DNA of 64,000 nt from an uncultured Acidimicrobiales bacterium. Its GTDB lineage: Bacteria > Actinomycetota > Acidimicrobiia > Acidimicrobiales > SHLQ01. The notes beneath the pieces were generated by a model that saw nothing but the letters and a program-made list of their open reading frames with translations, searched no databases and had not been told where the DNA came from. The position numbers were made by a program, and so were the translations under genes. Shown here one piece after another: positions 1-9,344 of this stretch. Position 1 is the stretch's first letter. The number at the start of each line of letters is the position of its first letter. The stretch is from contig CAKZVC010000073.1 of assembly GCA_937922235.1 (NCBI GenBank), forward strand, positions 6,355 to 70,354. Reading direction: 5' to 3'.

Positions 1-748
1 ACCTGCCAATCGTGTCGATCACCAAGGCCTCGCCGGTTTCGTGGCCGGCCGCATCATCCCAGCGATTCTCCGAGCTGACCCGACCATCCCGAATACGAAT
101 CACCCGATCGACGTAGCGTGCGAGCTCACCGTCGTGGCTCACAATGACCTGGGTAAGCCCGTCCTCTTGCTGGATCTCTCGCATCAGTTCGAACATCGCC
201 GCACTGCTCTCGGCATCGAGGGCACCGGTTGGTTCATCGGCCAACAGCAACCGCGGGCTATTGGCCAGCGCCATGGCGAGCGCGACGCGCTGTTGCTCGC
301 CGCCAGACAATTCGGTGGGCAGGTGAGTTCGGCGGTCGCCTAACCCCACCCGTTCGAGCAGCTCAACGGCTCGGTCGCCAGCCTCGTCGACGCCGAGCAG
401 GTCGAGGATGAGCTTGACGTTCATCTCAGCGGTCTGTTCCGGGAGCAGGTTCTCTGCATTCGACTGCCACACGAACCCAACATCGTCTCGCCGATACGTA
501 TCGAGCTCAGCCGGTGACGCAGACCCAAGTTCCACGTCATCGAAGCGCACCGATCCACCGCTGGGTTGGAGCAACCCAGAGAGCGCTCGAAGCAGCGTCG
601 ACTTGCCTGACCCGCTCGAACCGATCACGCCAACCATTTCACCGGGAGCCACGGCCAGGTCGAGGCCTTGCAACGCGATCACTTCAGAAGCGCCCACCCG
701 GTAAATCTGGGTGAGTTGGGTGCACTCGAGGAGCGGGGTAGCAGTCAC
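1..748 (-). CDS. ABC transporter ATP-binding protein (MacB/LolD type), 3' end cut by window edge
   Basis: Absent from the ORF track because it runs off the window. My reverse-strand translation from GTG at 748 gives Walker A GSSGSGKST, ABC signature LSGGEQQRVALAMAL and Walker B LLLADEPTGALD. GTGA start/stop overlap with the upstream permease gene. Confidence 0.85.
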   Translation of the reverse strand, partial: MTATPLLECTQLTQIYRVGASEVIALQGLDLAVAPGEMVGVIGSSGSGKSTLLRALSGLLQPSGGSVRFDDVELGSASPAELDTYRRDDVGFVWQSNAENLLPEQTAEMNVKLILDLLGVDEAGDRAVELLERVGLGDRRTHLPTELSGGEQQRVALAMALANSPRLLLADEPTGALDAESSAAMFELMREIQQEDGLTQVIVSHDGELARYVDRVIRIRDGRVSSENRWDDAAGHETGEALVIDTIGR

Positions 749-3555
749 TGTTCGCCGCCGATCTTGATGGCTTCAAACAGACGGATTCGACGCAGAGTGC
801 CAAGGAGCCCGATCGTCGCAAGAACAAAGACGAGCGCAAGCGCCAACGCAATAGACGTTGTTGCCAGCCAATCAACTTCGGGGAGCAGCCGTGGGGCTGA
901 ACCCACCGAAGTGCCAACCAGCTCTGGGAGCAGGAGCCTCGACATCGTGACCCCGATGGCAACAGCCGCAGCGATGCCGAAGAACGCAACGATCAGCAGA
1001 TCGAGTGCGACATACATCAACAAGCTTCTCTGTGGCAGACCCGACGCCCGAAGCATGCCGAGCTCCGTCATTTGCCGTCGCGACCCGGCAACTGCATAGA
1101 AGACAAACCCCGCGATCGTGAGAGCACTCGACAGGAGGAAGCTGACCGTGAGCAAACCAAAGACGCCCTGTCGTTCCGGCGCAAGCTGCGCACGTTCAAC
1201 GAGCTCAGCTGCGGTACGAACTTGACCAGCTCCGATGCCGAGACGCGAGAGGTCGGCTCGGGTCTGGCCGTCGTCGCGACCTGCGCCTGCAGCGGTGTAA
1301 ATGACCGAGCTCGGGAGAGACTGCCCGACCCGCTGCTCGAGGTCAGGCAGCGAGACCAATGCCGGGGATAGCGGTTCAGACGGTTGCCATGCAGGGAACT
1401 GGTCGTAGTGGCCAACAACGACCATCGAGAGGTCGATTCCAATGTCTCCGTTGCTCGCCCGAACCCTGACGGTGTCGCCGATGGAGACATCGCCGCGGAT
1501 CATATCGATGCGGCGAAGCACGATTCCGTCCCGATTGCCCGTCAGCCTCTCCATCAGGGTGGGCAGGGTTTGGGTGGCGTAGTCGTCCCGCCAAAACGAT
1601 GCCTCGACGAACGTCGATGGGTCGACGGCTCGAATTTCGATCGGGAGTTCGTCGCCTCCGGTCGAACCCTGGGCCCGACCCGCAAGCGTCGCGATCCGGC
1701 TCGCCGACTCAAGTCCCCAGATCCGTTCGAAACCGCTGGCGTCGATCGGCGGACCCTCGGGAATTGGGAAGCCGAAGTTTGACGGTGGACTGCTAGGAAC
1801 AGCCTCGATCCGATTGTTGCCGCCAACCACATGGTGAGCCTGATCGACGAGCTGCAGATCCATCGTCCGAGCAAGCGACGCGGTGTAGATCGAGAGAGCG
1901 CCGGTCAGCACCAACAACAGCAACGGAGCCGCGCTCGCCGCCGGCGTTCGAGCAGCTTTTCGGAAGGCGAGAAGCGCAGCGGTCGAGTTCGTTCGCTCAA
2001 GGCTCGCCGCGATCGCCGCTGCGATCGCGGGAACCAGCCGGAGAACGACGAGCCCCGCCGCCAGGGTCACTGCAGCTGGCAACAAGATCGCGACCGGATC
2101 GTCGAGCAGGTTGCCCGAGATCGATTGGCTACTGGCGACGAACCAAGCGAACGCGGCGATCGCAACGGCAAGTGCAAGATCCGCCCGACCCCGCTGCCAC
2201 CACGAACCATCGCGCTCGGCCGACGACACGGTCCGGCGTGCACGGCGCGTCCATCCTGCCAACGACAGAAACGGGAGGACTTGCGCGATCACCAGGAGAA
2301 TGCCAACGGAGATCGCACTCTGAACGGCACGCGAATTCGGAACGATCGCCAGCTCGACACCGGATCCGATTCGCAGGAACGTCTCGGTGCGTCCAATGAG
2401 TCGAGCGACAGCCCCTGAAGCGACGACGCCCAGCGGCAAGGCGATCGCGGCGAGCAGCAATGCTTCCACAACGCCTGCGACGACAAGCGGTCGGGCCCGG
2501 AGTCCGCGACTTCGGAGCATCCGGAGTTCGCCTCGCCGCGACTGCCAGCTCACCGCAACGGTGAGCCCGACAACCGCCAGCAGCATCGCCAAGGTTGGAA
2601 GACTGAATAGACGAAGCCCATCGTTCAGGCGAAGCACATCCGACTGGTAGCCCTCAAGTGACGCTCCGGGGTTGACGGACATGCGCACACCAGGAAGCAC
2701 CGCATCGACTTCGCGGCTCAGCCGGTCCGATCGATCGACGAGTGCATCGACGTTGTTCGTCGTCACCCGTGCAGGGTCGAGGAGCACGAGCCACTGCGCC
2801 ATGGCAATCGTGGGCGAGTCGAGCGGAGCAACGAATTGCTCGATGGTTGCCTCGGGTACGAGCAAGCTCTGACGCACCCCACCACTGCGAAAGAACCGAC
2901 TGTCTGCGCGTGCATCACCGATCGTTGCCGCCCATGTTCCCGAGACTCTGACCGGGCGCGACCAGTTCGACTCCTCCGGCGTTGCCCTCGGGTTCACAAT
3001 CACCAAGTCCTGACCAGCAGAGACTCCGATTGCATCGCTGAGCTCGTCGCTGATCAACACTTCGACCGGACCATCTTCAGAGAGATCACTGGGCAGCTGC
3101 CCGGAGGTCAGTGTGAATGCTGGGTCGTCGAACGTGTTGACGGCCGAGAACGACAGCCGTTCGAGACGAAGATCAACCCCGTCTACTTCGAGATCGCCAG
3201 CAGCGTAGAGATCGAACGGCAGGGTCTCAGACACTCTCCGTTGGCTGCGAACTGCCGACCCAAACGACGTCTCGCCATCGGCAAGAAAATCACTAAGTTC
3301 GTCGATCGCATCCCACGTCTGCGTCTCGCTGCTCAGCCGGTTGAACGTGAAAAGGTAGCCGAACGGCACGCTGTCCGCCGACGCGTCTCCTACCTGGGTG
3401 CTGAGCAGTCGGGACGACGCCGACTCGGCATACAGCGGCACCCCAACCCAGATAGCCACCAAGCTGGCCATTGCCAACACAACGCCAACGCTCAACGCAA
3501 GGCGCGAACGCAGTCGGCTGAACGACAGGTGGAGAGCGGCTCGTGTTGCTCTCAC
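745..3555 (-). CDS. FtsX-like ABC transporter permease (large, two FtsX modules)
   Basis: 936-aa ORF. Two FtsX-type segments (MLRSRGLRARPLVVAGVVEALLL... and MLRASGLPQRSLLMYVALDLLIV...), each followed by hydrophobic helices and separated by large soluble regions. GTGA overlap with the adaptor gene upstream and with the ATPase downstream. Confidence 0.8.
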   Translation of the reverse strand: MRATRAALHLSFSRLRSRLALSVGVVLAMASLVAIWVGVPLYAESASSRLLSTQVGDASADSVPFGYLFTFNRLSSETQTWDAIDELSDFLADGETSFGSAVRSQRRVSETLPFDLYAAGDLEVDGVDLRLERLSFSAVNTFDDPAFTLTSGQLPSDLSEDGPVEVLISDELSDAIGVSAGQDLVIVNPRATPEESNWSRPVRVSGTWAATIGDARADSRFFRSGGVRQSLLVPEATIEQFVAPLDSPTIAMAQWLVLLDPARVTTNNVDALVDRSDRLSREVDAVLPGVRMSVNPGASLEGYQSDVLRLNDGLRLFSLPTLAMLLAVVGLTVAVSWQSRRGELRMLRSRGLRARPLVVAGVVEALLLAAIALPLGVVASGAVARLIGRTETFLRIGSGVELAIVPNSRAVQSAISVGILLVIAQVLPFLSLAGWTRRARRTVSSAERDGSWWQRGRADLALAVAIAAFAWFVASSQSISGNLLDDPVAILLPAAVTLAAGLVVLRLVPAIAAAIAASLERTNSTAALLAFRKAARTPAASAAPLLLLVLTGALSIYTASLARTMDLQLVDQAHHVVGGNNRIEAVPSSPPSNFGFPIPEGPPIDASGFERIWGLESASRIATLAGRAQGSTGGDELPIEIRAVDPSTFVEASFWRDDYATQTLPTLMERLTGNRDGIVLRRIDMIRGDVSIGDTVRVRASNGDIGIDLSMVVVGHYDQFPAWQPSEPLSPALVSLPDLEQRVGQSLPSSVIYTAAGAGRDDGQTRADLSRLGIGAGQVRTAAELVERAQLAPERQGVFGLLTVSFLLSSALTIAGFVFYAVAGSRRQMTELGMLRASGLPQRSLLMYVALDLLIVAFFGIAAAVAIGVTMSRLLLPELVGTSVGSAPRLLPEVDWLATTSIALALALVFVLATIGLLGTLRRIRLFEAIKIGGEQ

Positions 3556-4595
3556 GGCAATACCAAGACCACGCCAGGGGCCAGGCTCTCGAACGTAGCG
3601 ACTTCTCGAACTTCAACGTGAGTGTCCGTTCGTCGACCAAATCGCACATCGAGGCGCTGAAGCTGCCCGGCTTCGTTCTCGATCAGGAGAAACGAATCAG
3701 CGTCGCGACGATGCACTGCTCGGCGATCGACCCACAGCACCTCGTCGTTCTCATCGGGAGGGGTGAGGTCGACATCGATTCGGATGGCTCGACCGAGGTC
3801 GGCGGGTGCCAGTGGCGTGTCAGGGACAATCGTGAGCTCCACCTGCTCGGAGTCATCTTCAGAATCGATTGCAGCGACGGTCGCTGGTACTCCGAGCGAC
3901 CCGAGTGCAGCTGAGCGTGCGACGACCACATCCCCAACGCCGACCCCTTCCACCCGCGTGATCGTGGTGTCGACGACCACGACGAGATCGTTCGACGTGG
4001 CGATAGCGAAGAGCTCGTCGCCGATATCGACGCTGCTCGTGAGTCCGTCGGTAACCCCGAGAACCACTCCGGCAACGGGTGCCGTGATGTCGGTCGCCCG
4101 ACCGAGCTCGGCCTGATCGAGTGCCGCGATCGACTGGTCAACTCGGGCAACACCGTCGTCATCGCCCTGCTCGATGGCGAGTTCACGTTGAAGGAGCAAT
4201 ACCTCACGTTCGAGCGCGCCGACTCGATCAACCTGTGGTTGAAATCGCACAACAGGCTCGCCAATGCGGATCCGATCGCCAGTTTGCACAGCGTTGTCAA
4301 CGATCCGACCAGCCTCAGTTGCCAGGACTGGTGTTGACGTAGCCGCTCGCACCACGCCGTCCAACCTCAGCTCGCCAATGTCTGGCGCCAGCTCCAAGAC
4401 AACCGTCTCTCGAGGGGAATCAAAGAGTCGTGCCTCGCCGTTAGTCGCCGAGTCCGCCCACCGGGGCTCCACAGGACGAGCACATCCCGCAGCGAACAGC
4501 GTGAGGACTACCAGGCAACCAGCGATCTGCCATCGAACCATCGGGCCGTTCGCCGTGGCTGGTCGACAAAGAGGTGTCGATCGGCGAAGCATCAT
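3552..4595 (-). CDS. Efflux periplasmic adaptor (HlyD/MacA-like) lipoprotein
   Basis: 347-aa ORF. N-terminal signal with lipobox LFAAGC, followed by a lipoyl-like and beta-barrel-like sequence (ITAPVAGVV..., GDRIRIGEPVV). Position is immediately upstream of the FtsX/ATPase genes. The exact start is uncertain. Confidence 0.6.
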   Translation of the reverse strand: MMLRRSTPLCRPATANGPMVRWQIAGCLVVLTLFAAGCARPVEPRWADSATNGEARLFDSPRETVVLELAPDIGELRLDGVVRAATSTPVLATEAGRIVDNAVQTGDRIRIGEPVVRFQPQVDRVGALEREVLLLQRELAIEQGDDDGVARVDQSIAALDQAELGRATDITAPVAGVVLGVTDGLTSSVDIGDELFAIATSNDLVVVVDTTITRVEGVGVGDVVVARSAALGSLGVPATVAAIDSEDDSEQVELTIVPDTPLAPADLGRAIRIDVDLTPPDENDEVLWVDRRAVHRRDADSFLLIENEAGQLQRLDVRFGRRTDTHVEVREVATFESLAPGVVLVLP

Positions 4596-4654
4596 GGCTT
4601 AGTTTGCTACATCGTCACGCCGGACGTAGGTCCGTCGACGAGTAAGCGAACGAC

Positions 4655-6277
4655 TTAGCGGATTGACGCGATAAACCCAGGGGTCGAACCCTCATCGAGG
4701 CGAACCTCACACGACAAGACACGGGCGCCGGTGTTTACGAACAAACAGCCATCGTTCCCGGCCCCACCGCGCACGAGATCGGCGTCTTGAACCTGAATGA
4801 AGTCTGCGCCGTTGCCTGCGTAGAGGTCGTCGATACCGCCGTTACCCCAGAGCACATCGTTGTCTGGTCCGCCGCGCATCCAATCTCGTCCCTTGTAGCC
4901 GCGAAGCACGTCGGTTCCAGGGCCGCCTTGCATGCGGTCCCATCGATCTGAGCCTTCGATCGTGTCGTTGCCAATGCCGCCGAACATTCGAGACCCGGCA
5001 ACGTCGACTTGGCCAGAACCTACGGCCTGCAACAGGTCATTCCCTTGCGCGCCGTACAGCACATCGAACCCCTGCCCGCCGCGGATGTGGTCGTTGCCCT
5101 TGCCGCCATAGACGGTGTCATCGCCTGAGCCAGCGCAGATCAGATCGTTTCCTTGAAGGCCGAAGATGGTGTCGTTGCCGCCAAAGCCGCTCATTACATC
5201 AGCGCCAGCCGTGCCATTGAGCGTGTCATTTCCACCTGTTCCAAGATGGGTGATGACCCGTCCCAAACAGGTAGCGCCCGGAGTTGGAGGAGCGACGAAC
5301 GGGCTCGTGGTATTGGTAACGCCGCAGTCGTTGTCAGTTCGAAGCCCATCGGCGGTCACGCGCACGGTGTAGTTGTAGCTGCCAGCTGCTGGTGCGTCGA
5401 CGAAGACCTTGTCGAGCGCTGACACTGCCTGCACAAACGAGCCGCTCCGGCGAACCGCGACGGTGCCACGTTGGAACGACCAGGAGACTCGAAGTCGACC
5501 GTTACCGTCGCTAGTCACGACGCAGTCGCCTACAGGAGCGCCTGCAGTGGGGATGGGTTGTCCGTCCACGCAGTCGGTACGGACGACATCGCCGTACTCG
5601 CTGGTCGATTGATACCAGCGAATTGGCCCGTGGGAACCGAAGTCCTGAGCGCCAGGTACTCGAATCGCAGCTCCTGTAGCGGGACAGACGAACTGATGCC
5701 CGGCCCGAAGCTCACGGAATTCCGACGACGCGATGTTCACGCGTCCGCTGTTTGCGTCCGAGAAGTAGGTGAGCGTGGTCGTCGAGAATCCGCGCTCGCG
5801 AAGGAGGTCGCGTAAACCTGTGAGGCGTCCTTCGGTGAAGCCTGCCGTGCAGCACGAACTTTGGTCGTAGACCAGCCCGGCGGTCGAGCCTTCACCTTCG
5901 AGCAGTGCAGCGAGGAAGTTCGGATGACGAGCAGCCTCGCGAGTGCGGGCGTCATTGTTTGGGACGCTGTCTTTCCACTCCGCCCAGTCATAGGGGGCCG
6001 GCAACGTGAACTTGAGCTGCGGACGATCAACCCACGTGCCTCCATGGGTGATGACGAGACGTTGGATGATCTCGGACCCGCCGCTCGGGCCGGTCGCGTC
6101 CCAAACGCCGTTGCTGTACGAGCCATCCGCCCACAGGTACCCGAGCAGGCGAGCAGTGTCGCCAACCGTCGGGCTCGTCTGCGCTTCGGCGCGTTCGGGG
6201 GTTATCCCGCCTGCAACCACCGAGCTGATGAGTGCGAGAACGACAAGGATCTGTAGCCGAAGCCGTCCGCGAGTCAC
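4655..6277 (-). CDS. Secreted protein: LAGLIDADG-like N-domain + one Ig/Fn3-like module + C-terminal RTX (GGxGxD) repeats
   Basis: ORF 4655..6373. GTG at 6277 gives the signal peptide VTRGRLRLQILVVLALISSVVAGG...AEA and avoids overlap with the upstream gene (ATG at 6322 is an alternative). Motifs LLGYLWADGS (6119-6148) and FLAALLEGEGS (5885-5917). Many GGNDT/GNDxL nonapeptide repeats at the C-terminus. Confidence 0.75.
   Translation of the reverse strand: MTRGRLRLQILVVLALISSVVAGGITPERAEAQTSPTVGDTARLLGYLWADGSYSNGVWDATGPSGGSEIIQRLVITHGGTWVDRPQLKFTLPAPYDWAEWKDSVPNNDARTREAARHPNFLAALLEGEGSTAGLVYDQSSCCTAGFTEGRLTGLRDLLRERGFSTTTLTYFSDANSGRVNIASSEFRELRAGHQFVCPATGAAIRVPGAQDFGSHGPIRWYQSTSEYGDVVRTDCVDGQPIPTAGAPVGDCVVTSDGNGRLRVSWSFQRGTVAVRRSGSFVQAVSALDKVFVDAPAAGSYNYTVRVTADGLRTDNDCGVTNTTSPFVAPPTPGATCLGRVITHLGTGGNDTLNGTAGADVMSGFGGNDTIFGLQGNDLICAGSGDDTVYGGKGNDHIRGGQGFDVLYGAQGNDLLQAVGSGQVDVAGSRMFGGIGNDTIEGSDRWDRMQGGPGTDVLRGYKGRDWMRGGPDNDVLWGNGGIDDLYAGNGADFIQVQDADLVRGGAGNDGCLFVNTGARVLSCEVRLDEGSTPGFIASIR
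4740..5242 (-). repeat. RTX / hemolysin-type calcium-binding nonapeptide repeat region (coding)
   Basis: Translated repeats include GTGGNDTLNGTAGADVMSGFGGNDTIFGLQGNDLICAGSGDDTVYGGKGNDHIRGGQGFDVLYGAQGNDLL and further GGxGxD units through AGNDG. Confidence 0.8.
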
Positions 6278-6290
6278 GAGGCTCGCGTTG

Positions 6291-7721
6291 CTACGCGCAG
6301 GAGATATCGGTTCGTGCACCATTTCGTCGGTATCGGATGGAATAGGTGTCAGCTGTAGAGCCTGACGGATCATCGAAACGGGTCGTATTCGTCACAGTCG
6401 CTCTCCAGGAACCGTTTTTGCGGACCTGATAGTCCGAAATTCCGGCGACTGCATCCCATTCAACACGAACGCCGTTGCCATTTGCCGTCACCCGACATGG
6501 CCCGTCATTCACTGGTGCTCCCCCGGTGCATGGAACGTCGACGCGGGTCCCTGCATCGAAGTAGCGAAGTTCCCAACTGTCGGCAGTCGAGCCGGCAAGC
6601 ACTGCGGTCTGCACTCCACCGTCGACCGTTGCGGCCCAGGATCCGTTTCGGCGAATCGAGTAACGATCCTTGCCGAAGTTGTCCCAGGAGACCGTCACGT
6701 TGTTTCCGTTTGCCTGCACGACGCATGGGCCAGCTGGTGGTGTTCCGTTGCCGGGAACCGTCACCGTTCCGCAATTGACAGTGCTCTTCACACCGAAGGC
6801 AATCGAGCGCACCTCGTAGCTGTACTGACCGTTGCCTCGATCCTGAGACCAGGCGCCGTCGAGAGCGGAGACGGTGGTGATGTACTTACCATCTCGTCGA
6901 ATGACTGCGTCGCCGCGGGTGAAGGTCCAGTCGACCGTGACGCGATTGCCATCGGCAACTGCGGTGCACGAACCGCTCTGGGATCCTGGCGCCGTGACCG
7001 CTGCTCCGATTGGGCAGTCGTCACGAGCAACGTCGCCCCAGCGTTGACCGGCCTGAATCCAGCGGAGATTTCCATAGCTGGCCAGATCGGTACCGCCAGG
7101 CACGCGGATGGCATCTTGGGTTGTTGGGCAAGCGAACTTGAGTGCAGAGCGAAGCTCGGCGAACTCCGAAGCGTCTATCGACACTCTGCCGCTGTCGACG
7201 TTGCCGAACTGGGTCAGCTGCGCAGTGGAGTATCCCTGGCGACGCATCAGGTCACGAAGCTCCGTAAGGCGACCTCGAGTGAAACCGTCAACGCAACAGC
7301 TGCTCTGGTCATAGATCTGACCGAAGACGCTCGCTTCAGTTTCGACGACCGCAGCAAGAAAGTTGGGGTTCTCAACTGCATCGCGAACCCACTGGGAGTT
7401 ATCGGGAAGTCCGTCCTTCCAATCCGCCCAGTTGTAGGGAGCGGGAAGCGTGAAGGTCAGACGTTGACGGTCGACCCACGTGCCTCCGTGGGCCACGACG
7501 AGCTCTTCGATAACACTCGATGTGCCGCTTGGTCCATTCACGTCCCACACGCCATTCGTGCGGCTTCCATCGCCCCACATGTACCCAAGAAGGCGAGCAG
7601 TTTCTTGCAGGTCTGGGTTCGGCGTGGCCGCAGCAGCTGGACCTGCACTCATGCCGAGACCGGCAGCAGCGATCGCTGCGATGAGCACAGCGACGAGCGC
7701 TGAACGTGAGAAAGAACGCAT
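6291..7721 (-). CDS. Secreted paralog: LAGLIDADG-like N-domain + three Cys-bracketed Ig/Fn3-like modules
   Basis: ORF 6291..7772. The internal ATG at 7721 gives the Sec-type signal MRSFSRSALVAVLIAAIAAAGLGMSAGPAAA. The N-domain is colinear with the downstream gene (ARLLGYMWGDGS ... FLAAVVETEAS ... QSSCCVDGFTRGRLTELRDLMRRQGYS). Confidence 0.75.
   Translation of the reverse strand: MRSFSRSALVAVLIAAIAAAGLGMSAGPAAAATPNPDLQETARLLGYMWGDGSRTNGVWDVNGPSGTSSVIEELVVAHGGTWVDRQRLTFTLPAPYNWADWKDGLPDNSQWVRDAVENPNFLAAVVETEASVFGQIYDQSSCCVDGFTRGRLTELRDLMRRQGYSTAQLTQFGNVDSGRVSIDASEFAELRSALKFACPTTQDAIRVPGGTDLASYGNLRWIQAGQRWGDVARDDCPIGAAVTAPGSQSGSCTAVADGNRVTVDWTFTRGDAVIRRDGKYITTVSALDGAWSQDRGNGQYSYEVRSIAFGVKSTVNCGTVTVPGNGTPPAGPCVVQANGNNVTVSWDNFGKDRYSIRRNGSWAATVDGGVQTAVLAGSTADSWELRYFDAGTRVDVPCTGGAPVNDGPCRVTANGNGVRVEWDAVAGISDYQVRKNGSWRATVTNTTRFDDPSGSTADTYSIRYRRNGARTDISCA
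6294..6968 (-). repeat. Three tandem ~70-80-aa protein modules (coding repeat)
   Basis: CTAVADGNRVTVDWTF...VNCG / CVVQANGNNVTVSWDNF...VPCTG / CRVTANGNGVRVEWDAV...DISCA. Each has the pattern (V/R)V(D/S/E)W ... (I/V)R(R/K)(D/N)G(K/S). One similar module occurs in the 4655..6277 protein. Confidence 0.7.
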
Positions 7722-7871
7722 ATCTATCAACTCTCCGAAGTAACCGCCGGACATGAGGTTATCCCACCTCACGAAAACCGACCAGGTTCGGCCGACCTAG
7801 GCACCACGCGTGCAAAAAAGACGAATGCGGACACGCCCTCGCGGACATGCCCCCACCACATCGAAATCCGT

Positions 7872-8858
7872 CTAAATCAGACCAAGTCCGGCAACGGTGT
7901 CTCGTTCGTTCGCAAGCTCGGCGGTGGACACGTCGATGCGGCCACGGCTGAAATCGTCGATCTCGAGGCCCTGAACAATGCTGTACTCGCCGTTTGCGCA
8001 GGTGACCGGGAAGGAGCTGATGATGCCCTCCGGCACGTCGTAGCTGCCATCGGATGGGATGCCCATCGATACCCAATCACCATCAGGGGTTCCGAGGGCC
8101 CAATCATGCATGTGATCGATTGCGGCGTTTGCAGCCGATGCTGCCGACGATGAACCGCGTGCCTTGATGATCGCCGCGCCACGCTTCTGGACGGTCGGGA
8201 TGAAGTCGTTCTCGAGCCAGTCCTGATCGTTGATGGTTTCGGCAGCGTTCGCGCCGTTGACCTTGGCCCGGAAAATGTCGGGGTACTGGGTGGCTGAGTG
8301 GTTGCCCCAGATCGTCATGTTCGTGACATCGTTGACGGTGGTGCCGGTCTTCTGGGCGACCTGCGTAAGCGCACGGTTGTGATCGAGGCGCATCATTGCC
8401 GTGAACTGCTTGGGATCGAGGTCCGGTGCAGCCGACTGTGCGATCAGCGCGTTGGTGTTGGCTGGGTTGCCAACAACGAGGATCTTGACGTCCTTGCTGG
8501 CGTTGTCGTTGATGGCCTTGCCCTGCGGGCCGAAGATGCCGCCATTCGCTTCAAGTAGGTCAGCGCGCTCCATGCCGTCCTTGCGTGGCATTGCCCCCAC
8601 GAGGAGGCCGTAGTCGGCGTCACCGAACGCAACGTTGGCATCGTCGGTCTTAACCATGCCGGCGAGCAGTGGGAAGGCGCAGTCGTCGAGTTCCATTGCA
8701 ACACCGTCAAGCGCACCGAGGGCTGGGGTGATCTCGAGCATCTGGAGGATGACTGGCTGGTCTGCACCAAGCATTTCGCCACTGGCGATGCGGAACAGAA
8801 GGCTGTAGCCAATCTGTCCGGCTGCTCCGGTTACGGCGACGCGTACGGGACTCTTCAC
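7872..8858 (-). CDS. mdh: Malate dehydrogenase
   Basis: 328-aa ORF. N-terminal Rossmann motif [25 protein letters not shown], plus [10 protein letters not shown] and IWGNHS motifs typical of the MDH (LDH-like, long) family. Confidence 0.95.
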   Translation of the reverse strand: MKSPVRVAVTGAAGQIGYSLLFRIASGEMLGADQPVILQMLEITPALGALDGVAMELDDCAFPLLAGMVKTDDANVAFGDADYGLLVGAMPRKDGMERADLLEANGGIFGPQGKAINDNASKDVKILVVGNPANTNALIAQSAAPDLDPKQFTAMMRLDHNRALTQVAQKTGTTVNDVTNMTIWGNHSATQYPDIFRAKVNGANAAETINDQDWLENDFIPTVQKRGAAIIKARGSSSAASAANAAIDHMHDWALGTPDGDWVSMGIPSDGSYDVPEGIISSFPVTCANGEYSIVQGLEIDDFSRGRIDVSTAELANERDTVAGLGLI

Positions 8859-8917
8859 GATTGCTCCTCAGAAATGGATTCTCTTCGACAAGCAGGTTAC
8901 CGCCGGGGAGACGCGAC

Positions 8918-8947
8918 GAAGCCGGACCTGCACGCAGGTCCGGCTTC
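8918..8947 (-). terminator. GC-rich hairpin downstream of the small membrane protein gene (candidate intrinsic terminator)
   Basis: Perfect inverted repeat GAAGCCGGACCTGC-AC-GCAGGTCCGGCTTC lies 23 nt after the stop at 8970. No clear U-tract follows on the minus strand. Confidence 0.45.
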
Positions 8948-8969
8948 GCAGAGAATCGTGTAGCGGCGG

Positions 8970-9218
8970 TTAGCTGGTGGAGCTAAGCCAACCCTGCTTG
9001 ATCGCTACCCAAAGAAGGCCAGCGGCGACGACGGACCCGAGGATGATCGACATGATGGTGCCAAGTCCGCTCGTGAGCATTCCGACAAGGAATGCCGAAA
9101 CGACGCCGAGACCGATGGTCTTTCCAAGGCCGATGTCCTGGCCGCCTGGGAGAATGGCGCGGCCACCGAACCCGATGATCGTTCCCATAATGAGTGTGCC
9201 AATAATCGAACCGATCAT
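8970..9218 (-). CDS. GlsB/YeaQ/YmgE-family small membrane protein
   Basis: The internal ATG at 9218 is preceded by AAGGAG. The 82-aa product MIGSIIGTLIMGTIIGFGGRAILPGGQ... is Gly-rich and forms 3 hydrophobic helices. Confidence 0.7.
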   Translation of the reverse strand: MIGSIIGTLIMGTIIGFGGRAILPGGQDIGLGKTIGLGVVSAFLVGMLTSGLGTIMSIILGSVVAAGLLWVAIKQGWLSSTS

Positions 9219-9344
9219 GTGGACTCCTTTTGTTGACCCCGAATTGGGGATTGTTCTAGTCGACTTGCTAGCAGCGAACCAAACATCGTTGCCACCTGGG
9301 CTGATGACGATTCGTTGACGACGTGACGACGAACACGTCAACGC

